Shown in pieces: positions 9,794-19,491 of a DNA stretch of 64,000 bases. Every line of letters starts with the position of its first letter. The first letter of the stretch is position 1. The translations under genes and the position numbers were made by a program. The notes below the pieces were generated by a model. That model was not told the origin of the DNA, ran no database searches, and saw only the letters and a list, made by a program, of their open reading frames with translations. The stretch is taken from positions 177,707 through 241,706 of IMG/VR virus record IMGVR_UViG_3300036762_000065. One strand, given 5' to 3'. The stretch is from a virus. Lineage: Duplodnaviria > Caudoviricetes.

Positions 9794-11426
9794 TGAGATT
9801 TATCCTTCTTTTTGCCTCTCTCAGCACATCGTCAACTTCTTGCAAGGTATTCAATTTCTGCCTTAATATTAGTTTTGTTATAAAACTAAAGGTTTCGTCT
9901 ATTGTCTTCCTGCCTTTAAAATAAAATTCAAATAGTGTTTGCATCTCCCTTGCTAGATCATTAAACACTTGATCGTGCTTCCCAGACAGGTTAGCGTAAC
10001 TACGTGCATAGTGCAGTTCCTTCAAAGGTTCAATACCTCTAACCAATGTTGTGATTTCCCGTTTAAACGCGGGTAATTTCATAAATAAGCTGTCAGGAGT
10101 GTCTTGCCAGAATTTAAACAGATACGCCCTATCGGCCTCTGTAAGCACATCTAACACAGACTCCTTTAGTAACCCGGAGGACGCGGATTTCTTGTATTCA
10201 GGCATTCCACTATTTAACATAACTATGGTTGCAAATCTCAAAAAAGACAAGACTCTAACTTTTTCAGTGTGTTGAACTATGGATTTTATATTTTCAGAAA
10301 CATCCATTGTATCGTGCTTTGGAACTATCTTTTCTGCTATAGTGCCTGTGAGATTTTTAATAATGTCATGTACGCGAGGATTTAATGTAAGATTAGTAAA
10401 TTTCTTACGTGTGTTATTCAACGTAAATTTCTTTGTCAGGGAAGGGAACTTAGTTACGAAAGGGTCTCGGGTTTTACCGTAAGCATAGTTCGTGTAAACA
10501 CCGTGACCTACTTTGGCACCGTATGCTCCTATTATGTCCTGTATGTGCTCTTTGAACGGAGCGTTTGAATAAACTCCTCTGAACGAATCGTTGTTATAAA
10601 CAATTAAAGTATATAAATCAAGGTCTAATTTATCAACAGGCATATCCGCTGTATATTCAGGTACTTCAAACCCTAGAGCATTAAGTCTCTTAACAGCCTG
10701 TACGAACAAAGGCCCGTGCCCATTACGTATATTATTCTCATCATACTCGGTCTTGCCTTGCTCCACAGCAAGTTTTTTATGATGTAGATGTACCATTTCA
10801 TGAAGAAGCGTATTTACAAGACGCTTCTTGTTTGTAGTAGCGTTTTTACTTATACGTATGGCTTGTTTAAGTATCCTATCTCCCATCCATTCTGTAAGTG
10901 CATTACCTGCTACTTTATATGCATTAATGATAATAAGCTTTGTTTGGACACTCAATACATTATTGAAATACTTTTTGTTTAATAAGTTGAACAACCTGTG
11001 CAGCTCAGGTCTTGTTACAGGCATGTTGACTTCTGGATAAATCTCGTTTTCTGGAACGTCTTTTGCAGGAACATGCTTTCTAGGTACTAAAGTGCTCTTC
11101 TTGGCAGGAACAAAACGCGCACGTATATTTTGAGGATCAAGACCGCCTGCACCTTTCTTGACATTAGTGCCGTTAACTTTCCCACCGAATCCTTTAGACT
11201 TCTTTATAAGAAAAGAAGCTTCTTTTTCTGTCAGAGTAAATAAAACGCTCACATCGGCAGAGTCAATCAACTTGAAGTTTGAACCTACTTTACGTATACC
11301 AAACTTATCTTTGGGTTCCAAATTTAGATCGTATTTACTGTGATGATTTTCAAAAGATTTTTTACGACCGTAGTATGTGAACCATTCATACAGTTCTACT
11401 TTAGCGGCAGATATGGACACAAGCAT
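9786..11426 (-). CDS. SprT-like zinc metalloprotease with extra N-terminal module
   Basis: LFNLLNKKYFNN, TLLHEMVH (HExxH), GHGPLF. Confidence 0.8.
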   Translation of the reverse strand: MLVSISAAKVELYEWFTYYGRKKSFENHHSKYDLNLEPKDKFGIRKVGSNFKLIDSADVSVLFTLTEKEASFLIKKSKGFGGKVNGTNVKKGAGGLDPQNIRARFVPAKKSTLVPRKHVPAKDVPENEIYPEVNMPVTRPELHRLFNLLNKKYFNNVLSVQTKLIIINAYKVAGNALTEWMGDRILKQAIRISKNATTNKKRLVNTLLHEMVHLHHKKLAVEQGKTEYDENNIRNGHGPLFVQAVKRLNALGFEVPEYTADMPVDKLDLDLYTLIVYNNDSFRGVYSNAPFKEHIQDIIGAYGAKVGHGVYTNYAYGKTRDPFVTKFPSLTKKFTLNNTRKKFTNLTLNPRVHDIIKNLTGTIAEKIVPKHDTMDVSENIKSIVQHTEKVRVLSFLRFATIVMLNSGMPEYKKSASSGLLKESVLDVLTEADRAYLFKFWQDTPDSLFMKLPAFKREITTLVRGIEPLKELHYARSYANLSGKHDQVFNDLAREMQTLFEFYFKGRKTIDETFSFITKLILRQKLNTLQEVDDVLREAKRRINLNA

Positions 11427-11587
11427 AGGTTCTCCAATTGCGATTGCTTAATATCGTCTTCGGTCAGCGTAAATTCTTTTTTATTGTTTAAAAAGGCAAC
11501 GTTAATTATATGTATTTCAGGATAGTTCAATGTCCTAAACTGCGTCTGTATACTTGTACTATTATCAAACAACTGTACAGTGTTCAT
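11396..11587 (-). CDS. Hypothetical protein
   Basis: Fills gap; overlaps start of next gene. Confidence 0.45.
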   Translation of the reverse strand: MNTVQLFDNSTSIQTQFRTLNYPEIHIINVAFLNNKKEFTLTEDDIKQSQLENLCLCPYLPLK

Positions 11588-11612
11588 ATAATTACCGGCT
11601 AAATAGGTGTTG

Positions 11613-12113
11613 TTAAAGAACTACAATCTCTTTAACGCCTGTGAGTTTATAATTCTTTGTAAGTGCTGGAGTTATTTTTGAGAAGTTAATTGCGTACATG
11701 CCACTGTCTGCTATTGTTACCGGAACGCTACAGGTGCCGTTAACTACAACAATTTTTAACATTGCTGCTAGGGTACCGCTTAATTTATTCATTAGAGGTA
11801 CATAGTAGGTACCGTTAAATGAAGTATCTATGTTGCTGTCATTGCGAACTTCAACAACGAAGTCTGAAGCCGAGCCTCTCACTAATTCAACAGGACCTGA
11901 TATGTCAATAGTATTTTCTACCAACACAGGAGGAATAAAATTAGTTCCATCAAATGTATAATCACAATCAACTATAACAGAAGAATCAACTACTTTTGTA
12001 AGAGGGTCAGTCTCATCGTATTGCAGAAGACCAGCAGACCCTGAGATAATAGTAATAACAAGGTTACTGTTGTCTAGTTTAACGTACTTTTTGTTTTCTT
12101 CTATCGGTAACAT
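11613..12113 (-). CDS. Fibre-associated structural protein (Ig-like, beta-rich)
   Basis: Position in fibre operon; YTFDGTNFIPP motif followed by beta-rich domain. Confidence 0.55.
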   Translation of the reverse strand: MLPIEENKKYVKLDNSNLVITIISGSAGLLQYDETDPLTKVVDSSVIVDCDYTFDGTNFIPPVLVENTIDISGPVELVRGSASDFVVEVRNDSNIDTSFNGTYYVPLMNKLSGTLAAMLKIVVVNGTCSVPVTIADSGMYAINFSKITPALTKNYKLTGVKEIVVL

Positions 12114-12114
12114 G

Positions 12115-12465
12115 CTACTGTACTCCTATATCTTCTATTATTAATATAGCATTAAGTGTTGTAGTCTGACCTTGCGTATTGAAGAGAATATTTTGACCAG
12201 GGCCAAGAAAATAACTTCTACGGTAAGGTGTACCATTATTATTACGAAAGCTATTATTTAGAGGTAGGGAGGACGTGCCGTTAGCTGCAAAATCCTCTAT
12301 TGATACCGTCCCACGTATAAGGTTTCCTCCAATAGTTATTGAGCCAGAAGCGGAAGGTATAGTAATTCCAGTTAATATTAATTCAGCTACTTTACCTACA
12401 GGTAAAGTATAAAGACTTTGATTACCCGACGAACCAATATTTAAATACTGTATTTCTTTAGACAT
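12115..12465 (-). CDS. Fibre-associated structural protein
   Basis: LYTLPVGKVAEL motif; translationally coupled to the upstream fibre gene. Confidence 0.55.
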   Translation of the reverse strand: MSKEIQYLNIGSSGNQSLYTLPVGKVAELILTGITIPSASGSITIGGNLIRGTVSIEDFAANGTSSLPLNNSFRNNNGTPYRRSYFLGPGQNILFNTQGQTTTLNAILIIEDIGVQ

Positions 12466-13445
12466 TAGAAGAGCCCTTTACTAAATAATCCTGTAGAACC
12501 ACCACCGCTTCCTGTAGGCAAGGGTGATCCGTTTTGTGAGATAGTGCCTATAACATTAAGATTTTTGTTTAATGTAACTGTAGCACCTCCGTCAATTCTC
12601 AAAAACGCATCACTGGATAAACCGTCCAACAAATCAGCATCTAGTCCTGAACCTGCACCGTCTACGGTTTTAATGGCAATTAACAATTCATTTGCTGTTG
12701 AATAGTGGTTTGTTTGAGAATGGTCATAGGCAATCTTACCCCGATCTCCCCTATATGCAGTAGAAGAGGTCTCACCTAGTGCTAAGTCTGACCCTGTAGG
12801 CACATAAGAAGAGCCTGACCATCGGTATGTAATGTTAGTGTCTATAGCTATATAAATTTTACTGCCTTCTCCCGTAACAGGAAACGCTGCTAAGTTAGCA
12901 TGTTCAATAACGTCATCCACGTAAGAAGGTAATTGAGAACTTGGTACACGTCCTTGTGCGTCTAATTGCGCTATACCGTTATTAGCTCCCACCAAGGTGT
13001 TATCGACTTTTAGGTTTAACTCTATTTGTGCAGCACTACTTACGGGCTTATCTGCATCGGAAGTATTATCAACGTTACCGAGACCTATATCAGACTTGGT
13101 ATGTGTATGGCTAATGTCCGAGTAGTCAGAATCATGGTTGTGTGTTAAAGTACTATATTCAGAATCATGGTTGTGTGTTAAAGGACTGTAAGCTGTGTCA
13201 TGATTGTGAGTAGAGGGCTGTACTGTGAATTCTGCCCATGTTGTTAAATCTGGACCAAGTTTGTAGTAAGTTGAATCCGCTATAACATAAACTAAAATAC
13301 CTTCTTTCCTAGAACCTAATACTATATCATCTCTATCAGTTGTAGTATTTACAACACGAAAGCCGCCTCGTAATTGGGTATCTTCTAGTATGAAAGGTAC
13401 AGAACCGGAACCGGGCAACATAAATGAAGATAGAAAAATTGGCAT
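12465..13445 (-). CDS. Tail/whisker fibre protein
   Basis: GLGNVDNTSDADKPVS, LDAQGRVPSSQLPSYVDDV, DGAGSGLDADLLDG and THNHD repeats are typical fibre motifs. Confidence 0.8.
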   Translation of the reverse strand: MPIFLSSFMLPGSGSVPFILEDTQLRGGFRVVNTTTDRDDIVLGSRKEGILVYVIADSTYYKLGPDLTTWAEFTVQPSTHNHDTAYSPLTHNHDSEYSTLTHNHDSDYSDISHTHTKSDIGLGNVDNTSDADKPVSSAAQIELNLKVDNTLVGANNGIAQLDAQGRVPSSQLPSYVDDVIEHANLAAFPVTGEGSKIYIAIDTNITYRWSGSSYVPTGSDLALGETSSTAYRGDRGKIAYDHSQTNHYSTANELLIAIKTVDGAGSGLDADLLDGLSSDAFLRIDGGATVTLNKNLNVIGTISQNGSPLPTGSGGGSTGLFSKGLF

Positions 13446-13524
13446 AGAAAAACCTCTTATATAAATAAACTTCTAAGAAACTGCACTAATTTGGATAACA
13501 TTGATACAGTGCTATTCATTTTTG

Positions 13525-15006
13525 TCACTGTAATGAAGCACTTATATCTAATATTCTATACATACCGCGTAGATTATAGAAAAATTGTGTTGAGTTAGTA
13601 CCGAGCTGGACCAAATCTTCTCTAAAGCCTAATTGACCTGTTGCAGCAGCAGGAACATAACTTGTATTACTATTGCTAGGTAAGTGTTGATTCATAAATA
13701 ATGAAGCTTCTGCCGATGCTAATGACGGTGATGTGCCGAAAGAATTTTCGTTGTATATAGCTCCAGCCGCAAAGTTATTAGTGTTGATGTTTGTCTCAGG
13801 TATGTTCGATACTCCTAAATCTCCGTATGTAAAATCTCCAAAAGCCCCAGAATGCAGACCTTGTAGGAATTTGCCTGATCCTAACGGAACTAAGAATTTA
13901 AAAAACTCAAACCCTATCGGCTGTACTGTGTCGTTAAATAACAAGGAACGACTAGGTGTTTCCATAAGACCGGAATTAACACTAGAAAAATCTGATGCTA
14001 TTTCTGTATAGGTTAATACGAAGCCTATATCATCCACTGTATCATACGCCAATAGGTGAGTACGATCTGTAACAACAATAGATCCATCCGAACGGGTATA
14101 ACTATAAGGGCTTTCTAGGTTGGAATTCACACCAACACTTCGTACCAGTGCAATTTCTTGAAGTGCAGTGGATTTATTTATCGAAACCGTACCTAACAAC
14201 GCAGGAACAGACAATGCGTTTATATAAAACTTCCTACAATATATTGTGGTAGACTTAATGCCATCAACAGCATAAAATACAGGACGTAAGGTTCCTGCGT
14301 CATCGTACATTTCATTGGCAAATACAGCATCGCAATACCATCCTGAAGTTGCGTTAGTGTATGCAGCACATTGAGAAGGCAGAGATATTATTCCTGTCTC
14401 ACTAACCCTAATCGACAGTAAGAAAGATGTACCGTTAACTATGACATTTCCATTGCCGTCGGTAGAGAACAAAGTGCCGAAAGACGTTGTACCTGTCCCA
14501 CCTGAAGTTGTCGAATAACTCTTAGATGACGATTTAGTGTCTATTAAAGTTATAGCCGAACTGGAGATTTCGTAGGAATACGCCAGTACAACAGAATATT
14601 TGTTTTTAGTCGAGCCTGAGGTTGATACTGTATAATCGTGACCTAGATAAACAAGTATCTGATTATCTCTAACTTGAACTGCACCGCCATATATAGGTCT
14701 AGTTAATCCTGTTGCGGATATATCTAAAGACGCTTCTAAAGTTAACGTCTGTCCACTAACACTGTATATTTCTATCATTCTTACGGTAGCAACAACCAGA
14801 CGGCTAACACTAGCGCACCAGAAAACAGTGTTGACGCCTTGTAGCTGCATCTTACGTATTGTGTTTGAACATGTGTGATACAGAACATATAAATCGCTAC
14901 TTGCTGTAGTTAGAGGAGTGCTCGGGTCAAAAAAAGTATCAACAGTATTTTGCTGTATATTCTGAATTTTTGCAAATGCAGGTTTAAACACCATATTACT
15001 AGACAT
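13525..15006 (-). CDS. Beta-rich S/T-rich structural or receptor-binding protein
   Basis: 493-aa ORF between fibre genes; composition. Confidence 0.55.
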   Translation of the reverse strand: MSSNMVFKPAFAKIQNIQQNTVDTFFDPSTPLTTASSDLYVLYHTCSNTIRKMQLQGVNTVFWCASVSRLVVATVRMIEIYSVSGQTLTLEASLDISATGLTRPIYGGAVQVRDNQILVYLGHDYTVSTSGSTKNKYSVVLAYSYEISSSAITLIDTKSSSKSYSTTSGGTGTTSFGTLFSTDGNGNVIVNGTSFLLSIRVSETGIISLPSQCAAYTNATSGWYCDAVFANEMYDDAGTLRPVFYAVDGIKSTTIYCRKFYINALSVPALLGTVSINKSTALQEIALVRSVGVNSNLESPYSYTRSDGSIVVTDRTHLLAYDTVDDIGFVLTYTEIASDFSSVNSGLMETPSRSLLFNDTVQPIGFEFFKFLVPLGSGKFLQGLHSGAFGDFTYGDLGVSNIPETNINTNNFAAGAIYNENSFGTSPSLASAEASLFMNQHLPSNSNTSYVPAAATGQLGFREDLVQLGTNSTQFFYNLRGMYRILDISASLQ

Positions 15007-15034
15007 ATATAAACCTATATGTAGAAAATATAAA

Positions 15035-15062
15035 AGGATGGATTAGCGGACTAATCCATCCT
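15035..15062 (-). terminator. Intrinsic terminator
   Basis: AGGATGGATTAG-4nt-CTAATCCATCCT 12-bp stem, followed by T-rich tract on minus strand. Confidence 0.8.
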
Positions 15063-15067
15063 ACGTA

Positions 15068-15463
15068 TTAGAAGAACATTACGTTAGCACGACCGTCTTG
15101 AGGAATCGAGAAAGTGATGGTAATTGTGTTAGGCTCGATCTTAATATTATTCGCATGAATAACATCATCGTTCTCGTCCACAAGTTGAACAACACATTTA
15201 ATATTGTTCTTGTTGTGAGTGATTGTCCACGTTGCCGAAGCAGCACCTTGAACATGCTCTACACCTTCGGCAGTTGTAGGAACAACGCCTTGTAACACAC
15301 CGCCTACTTTACCTAACACTTCGCCGTCATTAAGTGAGATAGTTGCCATTTGTCGTGGGGCAACACCTCTACGTACAAAGACTGTTTCCTCTGCACTGTC
15401 TGTCTCTAAGAACGGGCGTTTAGGTAATTCTAACTGGATGAAATCCTGAAAGGGATTAGCCAT
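15068..15463 (-). CDS. Virion structural protein
   Basis: HVQGAASATWTITHNKN...GRA motif (WTIxHN fibre-type domain). Confidence 0.7.
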   Translation of the reverse strand: MANPFQDFIQLELPKRPFLETDSAEETVFVRRGVAPRQMATISLNDGEVLGKVGGVLQGVVPTTAEGVEHVQGAASATWTITHNKNNIKCVVQLVDENDDVIHANNIKIEPNTITITFSIPQDGRANVMFF

Positions 15464-17092
15464 TTACACTACCTCCTCGAAGTCTAACTTCAGAGTGCCA
15501 GAAGTGTTTGATCCTGCGAAAGCCGCATCAGATATAAACAAATGCGTACCTACAGGGTCGTACAAACCACTAGCATCAACGATAGTGTAAGAAGCTACAA
15601 CATCATTCGTATCATTACGTAAGGTCAAAGGATCCTCTGCGCCGCTATAACGAGCATCCGTCTTGTTGATATCGAGTACAGCACTACCTATAGCAGCAAA
15701 GCGAGCAAATGCAGGGAAAGTGATTTCCCTAAACACAATACCACCTACAGTGTATCCTGAACCGCCTGTAATAACAGTACCTGCAACAAGAGCTTCGTTT
15801 GTCATGCTTAACGTGTTGAATGTGCCAGCACCTTTAGCATCTGCATCTGTAATACGTAAAGTTCTACGCCAGTTGTTACCGCTAGATGTCCAGCTGCCTT
15901 GCCACGTACCAATAGACGCTTCCATTGTGGGTGCACCAGACAGTACTTGCGTAGGTGCAATTTGAACAATGTAATCTTCTCCGGCAGCAGAACTACGCAG
16001 ACGGCTAGGGTTACCAATGATAGTAACAGCAGCAGTTGGTGCTGTATCCGCAATTTTAACACTACCATTACGCACAGTTGTAGCATTGTTAGATGCTTTT
16101 GTTGCTGTGATGGTATAGTTGTTTGAAGTTACATAAGTACCGCTTGTGCGGGTAGCTGTTTTGCTTGGGAATATAGTTGTAGGGTTATTAACAGTACCGT
16201 TTGAAAATTCATACAGAACGGTGTCTGCATTTGTAATAGTACTTACAACCGTAGCACTCTCACTTCCTTTCAATGCAGACTGACCGCCAGGATAGGTAAC
16301 AGCAATAGCAGGCACTGTTGGGAAAGTCTGGTTCAACGTAGCAGTATTAGAACTGTCTACAGCCGCTCCTTCTGTACCTAAGAAGTTTGTTGCACTTACA
16401 CGAACTGCAAGAACACCACTTCTGTTAGATACTGTAGCAGTACCGCTGAATGTTTTAAATCCAGCACCACCGCTGTCACTAGCACCTAGAGATAAGCTAC
16501 CGCTTGCAGCAACTCCTACGTTCTTCACTATCATTGCAGTAGCATCGTTAGCTACAACACCTGTAACAGGAACAACGTCACCTTGTTTCAGTTCTGTTTG
16601 TGTTCCAGGCAGTGCTCCAATGACAACACTTTGAACGACAGGACCTTCTGTAGCAAGTGTAATTGTAACAGTAGCACTTGCACCTGTAGAGGATACTACT
16701 GTAAAATTACCACTAGCACCTACTACTATATCACGATAACCTTCAAAAACACGCTTATCGCCTACTACTTCAGATATGCTGTCTGCCGCGCTACCGTCAA
16801 CGGTAATGGCAGGGCTATACGTACTAGGTCCACCTTCTGCTAAGAAGTGAATTCGCACGTTTGCCGTATCCGTAATACAAGAAGTCATTACTGCATTGAC
16901 CGGAACTACACCTGCTTGATATTGTTTAGCTGCCACAATACCGCTAGAAGTTGGAGTTACGTTGGTGATGAAAACCGGATTACCATCACCTGTTAACGCA
17001 GAAAGATCCTGTAAACGGACAGCATCGTCTGGATTTTGCGGGGTATAGTTGAGAGTCAACTTACCCAAAGCAACACCATTATGAATGTCCAC
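15464..17092 (-). CDS. Virion structural protein with Ig-like beta domains
   Basis: GTG start with AGGAG SD; T/S/A/V-rich; PQNPDDAVRLQDL fibre-type motif. Confidence 0.7.
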   Translation of the reverse strand: MDIHNGVALGKLTLNYTPQNPDDAVRLQDLSALTGDGNPVFITNVTPTSSGIVAAKQYQAGVVPVNAVMTSCITDTANVRIHFLAEGGPSTYSPAITVDGSAADSISEVVGDKRVFEGYRDIVVGASGNFTVVSSTGASATVTITLATEGPVVQSVVIGALPGTQTELKQGDVVPVTGVVANDATAMIVKNVGVAASGSLSLGASDSGGAGFKTFSGTATVSNRSGVLAVRVSATNFLGTEGAAVDSSNTATLNQTFPTVPAIAVTYPGGQSALKGSESATVVSTITNADTVLYEFSNGTVNNPTTIFPSKTATRTSGTYVTSNNYTITATKASNNATTVRNGSVKIADTAPTAAVTIIGNPSRLRSSAAGEDYIVQIAPTQVLSGAPTMEASIGTWQGSWTSSGNNWRRTLRITDADAKGAGTFNTLSMTNEALVAGTVITGGSGYTVGGIVFREITFPAFARFAAIGSAVLDINKTDARYSGAEDPLTLRNDTNDVVASYTIVDASGLYDPVGTHLFISDAAFAGSNTSGTLKLDFEEVV

Positions 17093-17187
17093 AGATTAAT
17101 CTCCTGTAAATTTTAACACACTTATAAATGTATGTGGATAGCTCCACACTGTTAAATTACAAATTTATAGTGTATTTATACGATTGA

Positions 17188-17216
17188 ACAAAAAAATCGG
17201 ACAACAAGTGTCCGAC
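17188..17216 (-). terminator. Intrinsic terminator
   Basis: TCGGACA-5nt-TGTCCGA stem followed by T7 on minus strand. Confidence 0.75.
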
Positions 17217-17222
17217 ATTATA

Positions 17223-17498
17223 CTAAATATTCTGGATAAACTCGTATAGTTCTTTATAGGATCGCGAGGCAATAACAGTTCGATTGTTGTCCAACATGTG
17301 CATTACGCAACCTACAACGCTAGTACACGGGCGGCGCTCAGGCAAAACAGACCACGCCGCATCCACAAAAAGCATCATACTAACAAAACTGTATCGACCG
17401 CTCGCTTCAACAAGAACAAACAAATGAGGTGCTTCAAATACTGCAACAATATGTTTTGTAAGATCAATTGATCCAATGTTGTCTTTTGTTACCAACAT
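17223..17498 (-). CDS. Hypothetical protein
   Basis: ORF in tightly packed minus-strand array. Confidence 0.65.
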   Translation of the reverse strand: MLVTKDNIGSIDLTKHIVAVFEAPHLFVLVEASGRYSFVSMMLFVDAAWSVLPERRPCTSVVGCVMHMLDNNRTVIASRSYKELYEFIQNI

Positions 17499-17505
17499 AA
17501 GGCAC

Positions 17506-17874
17506 CTACTTTATACTGGAAACTATTGTCACTCCGGATTGTGTAAACTGCTTCGGCACAACAGAAGTGATTTGAGCTTCTTGATTTTCAATTTCAGTTA
17601 GTGCATCAAAGAATGCTTGTTGCTCCAACCTATACTGCGGCAACTCTTGATTATTGCGAAGTGCTTTAACCTTACCGCTACACCTATCCAATTTTTCTAA
17701 GCGCGGTATAATATATTCCGGTATAACAGATATAGCTTTATGGCTATTCACGATAGCCTTCATCTCGGAACGAGAAACTTCTATGTGTTTAACTCTACCT
17801 GCAGGCAGTTTACTTGCTTCTGCCAAAAGTTTTTCTAATTCGTCTATCGGCTCTACATCTAATACAAGTCTCAT
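17506..17874 (-). CDS. Hypothetical protein
   Basis: ORF with AGGA SD. Confidence 0.7.
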   Translation of the reverse strand: MRLVLDVEPIDELEKLLAEASKLPAGRVKHIEVSRSEMKAIVNSHKAISVIPEYIIPRLEKLDRCSGKVKALRNNQELPQYRLEQQAFFDALTEIENQEAQITSVVPKQFTQSGVTIVSSIK

Positions 17875-17883
17875 AATAATTTC

Positions 17884-18189
17884 CTAGTGGATTACTTGGC
17901 GGGCGTGTTTGTTAAAAATTCTACCTTGTTCGTCTACATCAACATATTCGTTATCTACTAAATAAGCTAAGGTATCAAAAACATTATCGTAGGATTCTAA
18001 TGTTTCACTGTATTTGAGTGCATACAGCAAATCATCTATCTGTATAACAATATCATCTGAAATATGTGCAGGCTCACACGATACTAATAGGAGAAGTCTA
18101 TGTAACATGATTCCATTAGCATCTGTTAGAAAATCAACCAACCGCTTTGGCGATCTTCCTAAACGAGTGAGTACGCAATGAATACACAT
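17884..18189 (-). CDS. Hypothetical protein
   Basis: ORF in packed array. Confidence 0.65.
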   Translation of the reverse strand: MCIHCVLTRLGRSPKRLVDFLTDANGIMLHRLLLLVSCEPAHISDDIVIQIDDLLYALKYSETLESYDNVFDTLAYLVDNEYVDVDEQGRIFNKHARQVIH

Positions 18190-18203
18190 AGTTTATATCT
18201 CTT

Positions 18204-18398
18204 CTATGTTAAATAAGTGCTCGGATTTGGAGATAAAAATCTCGATTTAGGCTGCTCTGGAAAATAAACTTTCTCGTTATCTATTCTACGTACATGGTGA
18301 GGATGTACGCTTTTTAAGTGCTCTGTTCCAAACGGATCATGTTGCCGCACACCCCAAACAGATAACGGGTTTAAGTAACTCCGTTCACTAATAATCAT
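18204..18398 (-). CDS. Hypothetical protein
   Basis: ATGA overlap with upstream gene. Confidence 0.6.
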   Translation of the reverse strand: MIISERSYLNPLSVWGVRQHDPFGTEHLKSVHPHHVRRIDNEKVYFPEQPKSRFLSPNPSTYLT

Positions 18399-19213
18399 CC
18401 ATTGGTCTCCGATCTAGTAGCTTGAATCCTGTGTAGCATACCTACAGTTTCAAATCTGTTCATGTTCACTTTCGTTATATCATTACCGTATATTACTGTC
18501 ATACGGTTACCTTCTATCAATGTAGTTTGATTACCTTTTACGTGTGTATGCATATTGCCTTTATCACCTCCACCTAACAGACCTTGAAAAGGAATTTTCT
18601 TAGCTGACTTGGGTGATAATTGACTAATTATAGAACCCGGCATGCCTGTAAGATATCCGGGTATCAGACCTTTTGAAGAATGTATTACTTGCTGTTTATT
18701 ACCTATAATATACTCATTAACATCGCCTAGTATTGTTATATCAACATCGCCAGGGTTATTTAAAAATACTTCATTTGTTTTCGAGTCGATTATCATATAC
18801 GTGCCGTTGCTGAATCTAAACACAGCCCTATCAGGATAATTGACTTTAGTTTCAGGTAAAATACCCTGTTCGTCCAGTGTATATGATGTCCATATAGGTC
18901 TATGCGGATCGGCAGTAGGGAATCGTATACTAACTTTATGTTTGACTTTAGGTACATGAAAAGAACCGCTACCACTATCTTCCGGGTTTGATGAATACCC
19001 TCCGCCTTTAGAGCCGTCACAATGATTATAAAGAGGTATAGCCCAAGGTAAATCATCATCTGGAATATTATCGAATATACCTTTTATCCTTGCTTTAATT
19101 CTGCCTAAGAATCTAGGATCGTTGTTTTTAACGACTTCAGCCTCGTACAGCATATCAGAATCAAGGCCTTGGCGTTTCATATACTTTGTGGCATTGATAG
19201 TTCCGGACGACAT
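18395..19213 (-). CDS. Baseplate hub/spike, T4 gp5/VgrG-like N-terminal OB domain plus short beta-helix
   Basis: EVVKNNDPRFLGRIKARI...DLPWA...FHVPK...DPHRP; VKGNQTTLIEGNRMTVIYGN repeats. Confidence 0.8.
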   Translation of the reverse strand: MSSGTINATKYMKRQGLDSDMLYEAEVVKNNDPRFLGRIKARIKGIFDNIPDDDLPWAIPLYNHCDGSKGGGYSSNPEDSGSGSFHVPKVKHKVSIRFPTADPHRPIWTSYTLDEQGILPETKVNYPDRAVFRFSNGTYMIIDSKTNEVFLNNPGDVDITILGDVNEYIIGNKQQVIHSSKGLIPGYLTGMPGSIISQLSPKSAKKIPFQGLLGGGDKGNMHTHVKGNQTTLIEGNRMTVIYGNDITKVNMNRFETVGMLHRIQATRSETNG

Positions 19214-19215
19214 AA

Positions 19216-19491
19216 TTAATCTCCTAGAGCATTACACTTGTCTACATTATATATACATTCCAGCAACTCTAATACAATAATATAAGAGTCTTGATCTAGG
19301 CTGTCCTTGATATGGTTTAAAAAAATACGTGCTTCTGGCATAGTTTTGAAGTGGTCTGCTATTATACCTGACGCTAAACTTAAAGAACCGTTATCCAGCA
19401 TTGTGAGTACAACTCTTCTAAGTTCCATGTGTGTGTATAACGAATGGACATTTAAAGAAGCTAATTGTTCGGAAGACTTATACATAATCAC
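19216..19491 (-). CDS. Hypothetical protein
   Basis: ORF in packed array. Confidence 0.6.
   Translation of the reverse strand: MIMYKSSEQLASLNVHSLYTHMELRRVVLTMLDNGSLSLASGIIADHFKTMPEARIFLNHIKDSLDQDSYIIVLELLECIYNVDKCNALGD

Noticed and set aside
15462-15468. TGTAAAT promoter motif
   Set aside because: Arises from the GTG-TAA-ATG stop/start junction, too close to the start codon
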